Below the pieces are notes generated by a model, which saw only the letters and a list, made by a program, of their open reading frames with translations, searched no databases and was not told where the DNA came from. A stretch of 63,124 bases of DNA, the filler included, from Octopus bimaculoides (Eukaryota): NCBI RefSeq assembly GCF_001194135.2. It is 4 parts of 4 records of this genome, joined end to end, with 100 filler letters (N's around TTAATTAATTAA, not from the genome) between each part and the next. Parts side by side here need not be neighbours in the genome. Positions count along the whole stretch, not along the records: positions 1 to 23,293 come from NC_068989.1; 3 more parts are not named here. The stretch is one strand, 5' to 3'. A program made the position numbers and the translations under genes. Every line of letters begins with the position of its first letter. Position 1 is the first letter of the stretch. Shown here piece after piece: positions 1 to 12,325 of this stretch.

Positions 1-403
1 AGCCAACTACAGTTACTGTATTTTTCAGTGTATAAGCCGTTATTTTTTACCTGGAAGATTTAGTGCGCGGTTTATAGAAAGGTGCACCTAATAATTTGTG
101 TGTGGAGATCAACTGTTTCCACTCAGGAAAGGTCGGTTGGTGAACAACGTGAAAGACTACGGCTATAGTACATTGATACCTGAAAGAAAACGAAGCACAT
201 TTGTTTTGTTTTACCTTCATGTTTTGATAATGTTATTTTTAATCTAATAATGACTTTTATATTGACGAAATGTATTTGTTGTTGATTATAGTAAGATAAA
301 ATCATAACAATAACACATCTCATAGTTGTAAAATGGGGCTTTTTGAAACTGCATACACGTCAACAACACAAAAGCTAGCTGCGGACCCGTAGTTCTATAG
401 GTC

Positions 404-967
404 GGTAATCTTCAAGTTTAGGGTGGTAAAAGAAGTAAATAAAAATATACAAGGGAAATAACTTAACGTCTTACTAGTATTATCCGTACTACTCCGAAAT
501 GTGTTTTTTTTTTAGCTGTTTATAAATAAATCACACACGTGATTGAAGTTAACTGTTTATATATAAATCACACGCGTGATTGAATATCATAGTACCGGGT
601 GAGAGATCGAAAATGCCTCGTGGAAGACCGGCTGCACAACAACTTATTGTTCCTCAAAGTGAAATCCTCACTCGTCAATTAATATTAGAAGAATATTGGA
701 ATATTAGTGAATTATGCATCAGTTCAAGACATAAAATGTTGGAATGGTGTGCGCGCCGTCGGCTTATTAGGAATAAGTTTACCTGCGAGGATTGTTTAGT
801 ACCATGCGGACTTGTTAAAAAAAAACAAAAACAAACACGTGTGATTTATTTATAAATAGCTAAAAAAAAACGCATTTCGGAGTACGGATAATACTAGTAA
901 GACGTTAAGTTATTTCCCTTGTATATTTTTATTTACTTTTTTTACCACCCTAAACTTGAAGATTACC
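404..967 (+). mobile_element. Internally deleted Merlin (IS1016/ISXO2-like) DNA transposon
   Basis: ~135-bp terminal inverted repeats (404-541 and 836-967) starting GGTAATC; 9-bp TSD CTATAGGTC (395-403) / CTGTAGGTC (968-976); the internal ORF remnant LEWCARRRLIRNKFTCEDCLVPCGL resembles the N-terminal zinc-ribbon region of ISXO2-like transposases. Confidence 0.8.
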
Positions 968-1479
968 CTGTAGGTCTTTTAAACACCGATGCACTTTATT
1001 TGCGGATAAAACCAAAAACTTCCCTCAGATTCGGCTCTGTGGCTTAAATATCGATGTAAATAATATTTCTTCCTCCTTGGTGTTGATTCTTCGATGTTTA
1101 CTGTTTACTCCGACGCGTGAACCAAAAATAGAAGAAGCGTGTATTATGTAACACAGGCAGTAAAGAAAAAATAAAATAGAACAGAGTGGTGACATTTAGT
1201 AGAGATGACCCAGAAATTATTACTCTGTGATTACTATCGCAAACAGCAGTAGCTTTCTTCGACTGAATACACGTCGTTGATTGGTTAAAATTACCCAAAT
1301 ACGACAACTTTAACACGAAATAACTTCTAAAATACGAAATTCTGTCAAAAATGTTCAAAGTATACCGTGTTCTACGTGAGAAATTACATCAGTATATGAA
1401 GTTTCAAACTGTTTAGTTTTTTAAAAATTGATTAAAAAGTCTGTGAGCCAAACTGAACAGATTCGTTCAAAGTGCTCCA

Positions 1480-1790
1480 GCCTTTGGAATGTCATCCTCG
1501 CTGTATGTGGCCGAGCATTATCCTGACGGGAGAACATCTTTCGTTTTGAAACCAAAGATGGTCGTATTTCTTCGAGCGATGACTTGAATGACAAAATCCA
1601 ACTTTCTCTGCTAGTTTCTCAACAGTTACGACCGTATTCTGATTCACCAAAAGGGTTTGCTGGACGTCTCGTTGAGCTCTACAGATCTTCCAAGACGAGG
1701 CTCGTTTTCTAGGCTGTATTTCCGGCTCGGAATTTCTGGAATCACCGTTAAGGAGTCTAACGTGGGTCTTGTATAAGCATGCATATATAT
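1480..1790 (-). mobile_element. Degenerate, internally deleted mariner transposase fragment
   Basis: Frameshifted translation gives YSLENEPRLGRSVELN, VTVEKLAEKVGF and RQDNARPHTARMT, typical mariner HTH-linker and catalytic-region motifs. Confidence 0.7.
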
Positions 1791-2109
1791 ATATATTAGA
1801 CAAAATGAGATAACAAAGCCAAGGCTGTGGGTAGTTTTCAGGACATTTATAAGGAATACATAAAAGCAATACATAATATAATATTATAAAGTAATAAAAG
1901 AATAAATAACGTGAATAAATGTTTTTGCAATAAATACATATTTAAAGTTATATTTAAATTCATGTTAAAACTAAATCAGTATATTCCGCCAGAAAAAAAA
2001 ACGCGAGTCCTTACATATTACTTTATGACATAAAGGTATATTAATAAAAGTAGATGTGAATATTAGACAGAATATAGAAGTAAAGTACGAGTAGAAAGAG
2101 AATATATTC

Positions 2110-3050
2110 TCTTTCACGATATAACACTATTCTTGATAATCTTTTGAGGGGAAAGGACAAAGATTGTATATACCTTTATTTTGCTAAAGCGTTTGACAAG
2201 ATTGTTCGTGGAATCATCTGTGATAAGTAAGGGGTCTTAATACCACAGAAAAACTTAGGGATCTTTTCCGTTTAGCAGTCACATTCCAATTTCTTCAATT
2301 TTGTTCGAGTTGATTTCAGATTTGGTGTAGTTTTGTATGCTCATTATTGACATGAAATTCATTTTCGCCATAAATCAATAAAGAAACAGTTAATAGCTTT
2401 TAAAGTTTGAAAATTATGGGTAATTTTAGCCATTCGAAAGCCACAGACATATAGGTGTCTGTTTCCATTATAACAAGCCAAGTGTTGGAAAAGCATTTAC
2501 GAAAAATCAGCGGTGGCAATTGAATGATATCCAGACCTTGTGTCATGTTCAAGACTCTCCCTTGTGCTTACGAACTGATATTTTACGCTGTTTTCCTACT
2601 TGTACCTTTGTAGGATTACAAAGAACGTTCACCAGTAAAATGCCTTTGGTTAAAAGCCTTAACTACTGGGAATATTTGAAAGCGCTGCATCTTTACTCTC
2701 TTGAATGCTGAAGAGAGAGAGATATACTATCGAATAGGTATGGAAAATCTTGTTCTGAACTTCACCATTAGAGAGAGTTTTAATGCACGAACTATTATAT
2801 ACTGTCAAGCAAAAACACTTTATTGTACCAGTCTGATATTTAGAGGTCCTCAACTGTTTAAGATCCTACCTAAAGTAATCAGAAATATGAATGAACCTCT
2901 ACTGAAGCATTTAAAAAAGCATTGGATAAACTAACAATAATACCAGACCATTCAGCCATTTATGGATGCATTCAGAGGAGATCATCTGCTACCAACTCAA
3001 TCACAGACCAACTTTCAGCCGCAAAGTGACAACAAAGCTGAGAGAAAATA
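2110..3050 (+). mobile_element. CR1-type LINE ORF2 fragments (degenerate)
   Basis: DCIYLYFAKAFDKI (RT motif, ~2160-2205) and SLNYWEYLKALHLYSLEC*RERY (CR1 ORF2 C-terminus, ~2655-2730), with stops and frameshifts. Confidence 0.7.
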
Positions 3051-3084
3051 AATTAAAGTGGTGCTCCACCGTAGCTGCAGCCTC

Positions 3085-3250
3085 CTAACCACATCGTTCC
3101 GGGTTCATTCCCACTGCGTGGCACCTTGGGCAAGTATCTTCCGCTATAGCCTCGGGCTGCCCAAAGCCTTGTCAGAGAATTTGGTAGACGGAAACTGAAA
3201 GAAGCTCGTCATATGTGTGTGTGTCTTTATCACTCTCTACCACTTGACAA
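3085..3250 (+). mobile_element. SINE family A fragment
   Basis: Matches other copies: CCCACTGCGTGGCACCTTGGGCAAGT...GGTAGACGGAAACTGAAAGAAG. Confidence 0.75.
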
Positions 3251-3272
3251 TAGATCTTAATGTTTACATTTA

Positions 3273-3275
<3 letters not shown>

Positions 3276-3322
<47 letters not shown>

Positions 3323-3480
3323 GCGGATTGTGATTCGTCTTATTTAAGCGTTGTACCAGATGAGTCTCCAGCAAGCATTCCCTATGGCTAGTACTGACCA
3401 CAGTCTTTCATACTGATGCCAAATACGCATGTCTTAATGTGTGTGTGTGTGTGTGTGTGTCTCTGTCTCTGTCTGTCTGT

Positions 3481-3556
<76 letters not shown>

Positions 3557-3576
3557 GTATGTATGTATGTATGTAT
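3276..3576. repeat. Microsatellite cluster (TG)n, (CT)n, (TATG)n
   Basis: Seen directly. Confidence 0.95.
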
Positions 3577-4548
3577 ACAATCGAGCGTAGAAAAAGCTTT
3601 GGCATGATTTGAAGAATTATTTTCCATTTGTAATAATAAGAACTATTATCATTATACCTGTTTGTTTTGATATTAAGATTGTTTGTACAAGAGGATCTTT
3701 GTGCTTTTCCTCACTGTTTACAATTATCTTTAACAGAAAATTTTTTATAGATGTAATTTTGACGCTAAATCCGAATTTGTTATTGATTTATTCCAGAAAA
3801 ATTTTTCAAAAATGTTACAGGTGTTCAAAGTTTGATCATTTTCAGAATTTTCAGCCAATCAGAAAACATTCGCTGCCTGTTCCATCATCAGGGTGGGGGG
3901 CATCGGCATGTCAAAACATTAAACTATCAACAGGAGTTGCTAGGAATAACAGTCAAAACATTAAAATATACACGCGCAAAGTTAACATTAAAACATACGC
4001 AAGAAAATTTGATATTTAAAAGCTACGAACAAACCAACTGGAGTTGCTAGAAATAACAGTCAAAACATTGTTTAAAACAGACATTTATTAGTTTAAAAAA
4101 TCCATGAACGAAAGTTTGCAATACACTCAAGGATTTTATAAAATAAATTAGCTTTCTCATATCTCCTTCTACACATAAATTCACAAAGATAAGAGTCAAC
4201 CTGGTCTGCATGCGCAGTATCTTTGGTTACTATGGAAATAGTGTAAAATACTCGCTTTTGCTTACTATGAAAACATGTATAAAATACTCGCTTCTGATTG
4301 GCTAAAATACCCGTATTTTGCAAATTTTAAAGGCTAATAACTTTTTTATCGTGGATTTATAGGGAAAATTAATTTCCTTTTCATAATTAGTATATACAAC
4401 TTAATCCATATACCAAATTTGAAAACAATTGGAGCAAAATTGTAAACTGTGACGAAAACCACAAAGATCCGTTAAAGATTTTGGTCTTCAGTTTGCACCC
4501 TCTAAGTAAATTTCGTTCTCGAGCCACAATAATTAGTAGTGACCTCTC

Positions 4549-5432
4549 TTGAAAATGGACAGAATTTGGCCGTGGTGTTATCAAGTACCTGCAGAAAAAG
4601 AGTTTAGCCCCAACGACATTCATGCTGACATGCTTGCTACTGTAGGGGATGACGCTCCAGCTTTATCAACATGGCAAAAGTGGGCAGTTGAATTTAGGAG
4701 AGGAAGGGAGAGTCTTGAACATGACACAAGGTCTGGATATCATCAATCAATTGCCACCACCGAGAAAGCATTGATTGTGTCCACCACATGTGATGGATGA
4801 CAGGCCATTGATTATAAATCAAATAGCCAATGCGATTAGCATATCTCGTGAGAGAGTTGAGAATATTCTGCACAATGAAAATGGTATGACGAAGGTTTCT
4901 GCTCGATGGGTGCCACGTTTTCCTACACTTGATCGAAAGTGTACCAGGCTGATCACACCACAGGAAAATATGACACTGCTTGAGACCGAATCAGTTGGTT
5001 TCCTTGAACGTTTCCTAACCAAAAATGAGCGTTGGCTTCACTTTGAGCCAGTGACAAAGAGACAATCTATGCTGTGGAAACATCCTCTCTCACCTGCTCT
5101 AAAAAAGGCTAAGGTCGTTTCACCTGCAGGGAAGGTGATGGCCTCAGATTTTGGAATGCAAAAGGCATTGTTTATTGACTATCTTCAAAAAAGCCACACC
5201 ATCAATGGTGAGTACTATGCCAACTTGCTGAGGCAGATACGAAAGGCTACCAAGATCAAACACCCATGAAAACTAACAAAAGGGATCTTGTTTCATGAGG
5301 ACAATTCTCCAGCACACCAGTCTCTGGTTTCAATGGCTGATGTGCGTGACTGTGAACAGGTTGATATTTTTTTTCTGTTCTCCTAACTTGGCCCCATCTA
5401 ACTATCATGTTCCCAAACATGAAAAAAACACT
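4549..5432 (+). mobile_element. Degenerate mariner transposase (irritans-like)
   Basis: KWAVEFRRGRESLE, KVSARWVPR, PVTKRQSMLWKH, AGKVMAS, IDYLQKSHTINGEYYANLL, SPNLAPSNY; frameshifted; 3' end runs into (GA)n and a gap. Confidence 0.85.
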
Positions 5433-5874
5433 AGAGACAGAAAAAGAAAGAAAGAGAGAGAGAAAAGAAAGAAAGAGAGAGAGAGAGGGAGAGAGAGAGA
5501 GAGAGAGAGCGGAACAGAGAGAGATAGAGAAAAAAAAACAAGTGAGATGTCGGACCTCTGTTTTTTTTTTGTCTCTATGTCCCTCTCTATATCTCTATCT
5601 CTCTATCTGGTTGTATATATGTGTGTGCCTCTCTCTTACTACCTCTACGTCTTTTTCTCTTTATAGAAAAATACGTGACACAGATGAAAAGGGGGTTAGG
5701 GAGAAAAAACAAGTGAGACAGAGTGAGGAAGAGATAGAAGACAGACAAATATAAAAGAAAANNNNNNNNNNNNNNNNNNNNNNNNNNNNNNNNNNNNNNN
5801 NNNNNNNNNNNNNNNNNNNNNNNNNNNNNNNNNNNNNNNNNNNNNNNNNNNNNNNNNNNNNNNNNNNNNNNNNN

Positions 5875-5905
<31 letters not shown>

Positions 5906-5912
5906 GACACTA

Positions 5913-5954
<42 letters not shown>

Positions 5955-5971
5955 GACGTATATACATATAT

Positions 5972-6132
5972 ACGACGGGCTTTCAGTTTCCGTCTACCAA
6001 ATCCACTCACAAGGCTTTGGTCGGCCCGAGGCTATAATAGAAGATATTTGCCCAAGGTGCCTCACAGTGGGACTGAGCCCGGAACGATGTGGTTGGAAAA
6101 CAAGTTTCTTACCACATAGCCACACCTGTGCC
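5972..6132 (-). mobile_element. SINE family A, 5' half
   Basis: Reverse complement of the family A head and core. Confidence 0.85.
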
Positions 6133-6365
6133 TTAATTTTCATAATTCTCCTTGTTCACATATTCCATCAAATGCTTTTAGCGGAGGATATGAAAAACAT
6201 ACGTACAGGAGATACTGAAAAAATATTGTAGACGCAAAGAATATCAATTCAATTTTTGGAGGGATAATTAGCATCATTACTAAAATAACCATGAAATTTA
6301 ATTATTGATATGTCCCGCGTTAGGACGGCGTATTTCGTCGTCTGCGTGACTGGCCCGAACAGCGT

Positions 6366-7062
6366 ACCTTGCTGACTGTATTTCTTTATTTGGCACGCAG
6401 GCCATGACACAGAGGGGAACGGCACAAGGACAGACAGAAAACCACAGTGGGGACAAAAAACATAAAACAAATGAATGAGAGATGGGTAATAATAAATGAG
6501 GATGTAATGGTTGCTTGAACCCCACTCTCAAGCAGTACCATTTAACTGTTTTAATACAAAGTTTTTATATCATTTTTTGCTCTTGTTTTCCTTTTAGCAT
6601 CGTATGTGTAGTCTTTAAAAAGCTTAAAAGCTTACTCATGCTTTACCATTTTATATATACAAGTCGTCGTAATCTATAACTGGCGGCAGGTCGTCAGACT
6701 CTGCCCTCACTCCCATTGGGTCTATTTTGTTTCCAAACCATTTCTTCAATTTTTCATATCTTCTTTTGTCTATTACTTACTATAGCTTCTGTACTTTCTG
6801 GGTAATGTTCCCTTGGTAATTTAACTCTTATCACCGATTTAAATTTGGCAATTTTTCCTTCTGTATCTGTGTTTTTTTTTTTTTGTATATGTTATACATG
6901 GGTGTAGGAGTGGCTGTGTGGTAAGTAGCTAGCTTACCAACCACATGGTCCCGGGTTCAGTCCCACTACGCGGCATCTTGGGCAAGTGTCTTCTACTATA
7001 GCCTCGGGCCGACCAAAGCCTTGTGAGTGGATTTGGTAGACGGAACCCCCGTCGTATATATG

Positions 7063-7093
<31 letters not shown>

Positions 7094-8690
7094 TTGTCCC
7101 CCCAACATCACTTGACAACCGATGCTGGTGTGTTTATGTCCCCGTAACTTAGCGGTTCGGCAAAAGAGATCGATAGAATAAGTACTAGGCTTCTAAAGAA
7201 TAAGTCCTGGGGTCGATTTGCTCGACTAAAAGGCGGTGCTCCAGCATGGCCACAGTCAAAAGACTGAAACAAGTAAAAGAGTAAAAGAGTTACCATATGC
7301 CATGTTTGTTTTTATTTTCAGGTCTTTTGAATGTTCGTTCCTGCGGTGTAACTGGGTTGTCTGTGATGGTTTCCTTTTCTTTTTCCTTCGTTGTTGATGC
7401 TGGTGGAAGTTCATGTAGTGAAAAATGTGTACAGCTTATTTCAACCTCCTTCTTTTTGGTTATTGGACTCTTCGGAGGGGAGTTCACTAGTTCTTTTCTT
7501 TTTGTCACCTCCGTAATTGATTCTTCCGCTTCTTTCGTGCATTTTTCATTTTCTAGGTCCGCCACTTCAGCATTCTGCTCCTGTTGGCTTTCCTCGTTTT
7601 TATTTTTTCTCTGAGAACACTTTACTTTAATATGTCCTTTTTCGCTGCATTGATAGCAAGTTGGTGGCCTTCCTTCTACCACCACTCTCAACCTTATGTC
7701 TTCCAGTAGTATTATTTCCTCAGGAATTTCATTTAGATCTTGTTGTCCGACCTGGATGACCATTTCTAGTCCGTATCCCCATCAATTTACCTTTTTTGTC
7801 CTTGTCACCTTTAGAATTTTGGCGTCTTCCTCAGTTTTGTGCATTATCGCTGCCTATGCTCACTCTGGCGACTCTTTTGCCACAGTAGGTAGGCAAGAGT
7901 ACCCATTTATCTGTCTTCAGCGTCACAATGGAGTGATTAATTGCCTCCTGTTCGTTGGTAAATCTCACCTCCACTGTGCTGTATTTCCTTCCTCTTGTAT
8001 AGAATGCTGTCAGATTCTTAATTTCCTTCAGACATTCTTCAATCGCTTCTTCCGTAGCTATCTCTATTTTCTTTGTGGCTGTAGACAATGTAAAGCACTG
8101 TTCTTTTCTTGGTACTTGTTGTCACTTCTTCTGGAGGGGTCAGTTTTAAACTTGACCCCTCTTTCTGAATCAGCCTGTAATGTTCTTCAGCTTCTTCTGT
8201 TCGATTTTAATTTCTCGCACTTCTTGTGAATCTGTGGTTGTACCTTTCCCAGATGCTGAAGCATAACTTCCTCCATGTGCTGGAACTGGTTCACACTCCA
8301 TTTTTTCCTTTTTTCAGTTACTTCGTCCCAAACTGGGGAAGAAAACAAACACAAAATTCAACAGGCTCGCAGGCAAAAACAGCAACAGCATTAAACAAAT
8401 TCAACAAAACATGGCCCACCCGCGCGAGGAGAACCTTCAACAAAATATAANNNNNNNNNNNNNNNNNNNNNNNNNNNNNNNNNNNNNNNNNNNNNNNNNN
8501 NNNNNNNNNNNNNNNNNNNNNNNNNNNNNNNNNNNNNNNNNNNNNNNNNNNNNNNNNNNNNNNNNNNNNNNNNNNNNNNNNNNNNNNNNNNNNNNNNNNN
8601 NNNNNNNNNNNNNNNNNNNNNNNNNNNNNNNNNNNNNNNNNNNNNNNNNNNNNNNNNNNNNNNNGCTTGGTAACTGACACTGCTTGTTGT
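6366..8690 (-). mobile_element. ORF1-only Tx1/L1-like non-LTR element (HAL1-like), interrupted by a SINE and a gap
   Basis: Frameshifted ORF1 from ATG 8301 to ~6660 with an RRM-like segment (STVEVRF...LLPTYCGKRVARVSIG) and a CCHC knuckle CYQCSEKGHIKVKC; only ~290 bp separate ORF1 from the terminal AAATAAAGAAAT (6380-6391); no RT sequence seen. Confidence 0.7.
6901..7289 (+). mobile_element. Full-length SINE family A nested in the Tx1-like ORF1
   Basis: Head GTAGGAGTGGCTGTGTGGTAAG, core ACCTTGGGCAAGT-like, internal (TA)n(TG)n, tail (GAGTAAAA)n. Confidence 0.9.
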
Positions 8691-8777
8691 GTCTGTCCAC
8701 CATTTATCAGTAGTGAAACAGTCCACTTCTCACTTGGGGGTGTCCGCCACAACACCTCCCCCCTTTGAGATTTTTTT

Positions 8778-9150
8778 CTTTCACACAACATTATTTTTTT
8801 TTTCTATAGAATGCCGCAGGTAGTACCAGCCTACATTGCTTACGGGTAGCGCTACTGACATAGTGACCTGACTAAAATCCTTCACACGGACTTATTATTT
8901 TTTTCTTCCACACAGAATTATTTTTCTCTATAGAATGCCGCAGGTAGTACCAGCCTACATTGCTTACCGGTAGCGCTACTACCATAGCGACCTGACTAAA
9001 ATCCTTCACACGGACTTATTATTTTTTTTCTTCCACACAGAATCATTTTTCTCTTTAGAATGCTGCAGGTAGTACCAGCCTACATTGCTTACCGGTAGCG
9101 CTACTAACACATAGTGACCTGACTAAAATCCTTCGAACGGATTTATTTTT
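8778..9150. repeat. Tandem repeat, ~124-bp unit x3
   Basis: Units start at 8803, 8927 and 9052 (TCTATAGAATGCCGCAGGTAGTACCAGCCTACATTGCTTAC...). Confidence 0.95.
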
Positions 9151-9654
9151 CCGTGTATAGTTCAGTTGTGTTAGAGTTCCAATTTTATTAGACATTTTTT
9201 CTTTAGAATCTTTTTTCAATAGAGTTTATATATTTTTTACTGTGTGTAGTTCAGTTCCTTCTTCAGCAGGATTTATTTTTCACTGCGTGTATACGAATCC
9301 TCGTTGCCACTATATCCCTTATTTTGACGACGTATTTCGTCGCCTGCGTGACTGGCCTGAACAGCGTCTGTTCACTATTTATCAGTATTGGAACAGCCCA
9401 CTTCTCACTTGTGGGGGTCTGCATGGCAATTATGCAGTCAAAGTGTTTAAAAAGAACAAAACATCAGATAATGTAGTCCTAGGAAAAATACAATGGAATG
9501 ATCAGTGATGATATGTCTGACGGATCGAGGCTGACTTGCGATAAATAACTCACATTATAGATTTACTTCCACCAACAAATTCCTAAACTATCTAAATTTG
9601 CAAAGTTCTGTCTCTACTTTTTAAACATTAGAACAACAGTTTATTAATTGATTT

Positions 9655-9832
9655 CAAGTTTTGGCTCAATGCCAGCAATTTCGAAGAAGGAGATAAGTCG
9701 ATTACATCGAACTCAGTGTTGAGCTGATACTTATTTTATCGACCGTGAAAGGATGAAAGGCAAAGCCAACATCGAACAAAATGCCGCTAAACATTTAGCC
9801 CAGCATATTAACTATTCTGTCAGCTCGCCGCT
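9655..9832 (-). mobile_element. SINE family B copy (degraded)
   Basis: Reverse complement of the central CCTTTCATCCTTTC...GTCGATAAAATAAGT domain and GCGGCGAGCTG head. Confidence 0.75.
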
Positions 9833-10584
9833 CTCACGACAATCTATTAATTATTATCAGTAATATGCTAAGACCTGATCTATATCCGTGCTTATCAGAT
9901 ATTAGAGCAACATTGCATTAAATACTATGTAATATATTAAGATGTGTATTGTTCCCAGATACCTGGGCATATTCATGTTTTATATTTTGAAAATAGCTTC
10001 ATTGGTTCATCGTGCAGACAGTACACAGCATTTAGATATAAATTAAACATACTACAAAACTACTCTCAATTCACCAATGTTAGCAATTTTACTGACATCA
10101 TTTCAACACTTTTCAGGAACTGCTTTTTTTTTATCAGTTTTTATTTTCCTTTCTTTCTTTACAGCAGCTGAGCAACACAACCTTTTCCACGGAATCTGAA
10201 AGCGATAACAAAGAGCAAGGTGGGAGAGGAAGTTGTCTTTGTATTGGAGACAGCTCTAATGTTTGCACAAGTGGGAATAGTGACTAAGACTCAGGCTGGG
10301 GTAGTTGGATTGAATGACAGATTAAGCAAGTTGTTATGTTTTGCTATGGAGAAGTCAGATTGATTGTCATGTTTAAGTACAACAATGTTGATTGATTTAA
10401 AATGTTCACATCTTGCAATATCCATTCTATTGTCAAACTTTAAATAAAATACAAGACTCTCAAAACTCGTCTCTGGAGATCACTATTTTATGAAGAAAAA
10501 AATGTCAAGCAACAAAGCAATATTGACTTAGGTAGAGTGGCTTTATCTCAAAACAAGGCCAGCTGGCTTGATTCTAAATTGGTT

Positions 10585-10795
10585 TCAAATTTTGGCACAA
10601 GGCCAGCAATTTCAGGGTAGTGGGTAAATCAATTATATCGCCCCCGCTGCATAACTGGTATTTATTTTATCGACCCCGAAAGGATGAAAGGCAAAGTGGA
10701 CCTTGGTGGAATTTGAACTCAGAACGTAAAGACGGACGAAATGCAGCCAAGCATTTTGACCGACGTGTTAACGATTCTGTCAGCTCGTCACCTTA
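10585..10795 (-). mobile_element. SINE family B copy
   Basis: Same central domain and head as other B copies. Confidence 0.85.
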
Positions 10796-11769
10796 GGCTT
10801 GATACTAATTTAAAACCAAAACTTAACTCTCACACATTTTTCATATAAAAAAAAAACAGGAATACAAAACCCATTGGTGAACATTTTCTCAAAATGTGGG
10901 CCTGAAGATATTAAGTCTGTCACATATGTCATAATGTCCCTGACGTTACAAGAGATTTTTAAAGTATCTACAATTTTAAAATTTCAATATTTATTATTCC
11001 ATTTCATGTATTTTCCATTTTGTGGTTGCTTATCTTCCTAATGTTCAATACAAACTGAATCATTATTTCTTAATGACAACTTCTTCCGTAACAGCAAAGA
11101 CTACCCTTCCTTAAATAGACATACATACACAGACCATAGTCATGCATAGTTAAGTTTACCTCAGAACCACAAGGTTCTGGGTTATGTCTCTCTTCAAAGT
11201 ACTTTGGGCAACTGTTTCTATCCAGGTACGATCCAGCAATAATGGTTTAAAGCCAGTTAAGTTGCAATGACACTAATTACCTTCAGATGTAAACCACTCA
11301 TAACAACAGTCCATCTGACTAAACTGCTACCACAGACCAGTTGTTTAACACCTGGACAGTTCTGATTAATCACATCCTTGACCAAAAGCATACCAGTCAG
11401 CTATCATTTTAGGAATAAGTAAGGATACATTAGCTCGTGTCATTACCTTACACCAGGGGAATGTGATTTGAAGGAAATTTGGCTGACCAAGCAACTGCAT
11501 ATAGGTTGCTTTGTACAATTCGTTTTAAATCCTTTTTACAAACTAGTATCAATAGAATCAGGGATTTTATGACAAAACTATCATCAGCTGGATGTCCTTT
11601 CTAAAGTAGTGAAACAAGAAAATGAGGAAATACATTTCTTAACTACAGCACCACATAAAGGTTTATATAATAGGATGATTGAACAAAACATATCCACATC
11701 AAATCTATTTCATCTTTTATTAGTTAGCCAAATATCAAAATGTGTTGGTACCACAAAAATAAATTCTGC

Positions 11770-12325
11770 TAAGTTTTCATGAGATGCTGTTCACAGGTTT
11801 CTTTGCTTACTGCATGTATTCCATACTTCGGCTCCTGCAAAAATGGAAGGGATCCCTGAAGAAGCAGTTTTGAGTGTTCTTTTTACTTCTCTTCCTCACT
11901 GATTCAGCTTTGCTGAAAGCACTGTCTTGCTTTTCAGAGCTTTTGAATCTCCAATTCCGATGCAGCCTTCATCTGTTTCTTGGGATTTCTTTTCTCTCTC
12001 TGGATGTTATCCACCTCTCGTTGGTGCTTGGATGTCTCTAAAGTGCATTCAGTTTGTAAACTATCATTTAATTCAGTCTTTCCCACTGATTTTCAGTTGC
12101 AGGCAGCAATCTGAGTTTCTGACACATGGCATCGAGAGTCTACACATATTGCTCATCTGAATCAACAGTGTGGATGTGCTGAACCCACTGGTGCGACTCT
12201 TGGCCTTGGTTTTCTAATGCCTCATCAATTAGTACAGTGCATTGCTACTCATACATTAGAGTCTTCTTCATACAACCTTTTTTCATTCTGTGAATCTTTA
12301 TGCCATGCTCAGTTGAGGATTTAAT
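11770..12325 (-). mobile_element. Degenerate R2-like (Hero-type) non-LTR ORF, N-terminal part
   Basis: Broken frames give EHGIKIHRMKKGC, RLLPATENQWERL, KAESVRKRSKKNTQNCFFRDPFHFCRS and SKETCEQHL, recalled as resembling the pre-RT region of Hero-type elements. Confidence 0.5.

Noticed and set aside
14-100. Possible pogo/Tigger-like terminal sequence (TACTGTATTTTTCAGTGTATAAGCCG)
   Set aside because: No matching opposite end identified; too degraded to call
7696-8229. 177-aa plus-strand ORF
   Set aside because: Antisense shadow of the purine-rich Tx1-like ORF1; no recognisable protein features
8778-9150. Tandem arrays (124-, 29- and 205-bp units) as CRISPR-like loci
   Set aside because: No unique spacers, no cas genes, and eukaryotic context
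9366-9437. Short resemblances of the target motif to U2 (TCTGTTC..TTATCAGT) and U1 (GACTGCATAATT) snRNAs
   Set aside because: Matches are 7-12 nt with gaps, lie on opposite strands, and lack Sm sites or the surrounding snRNA structure
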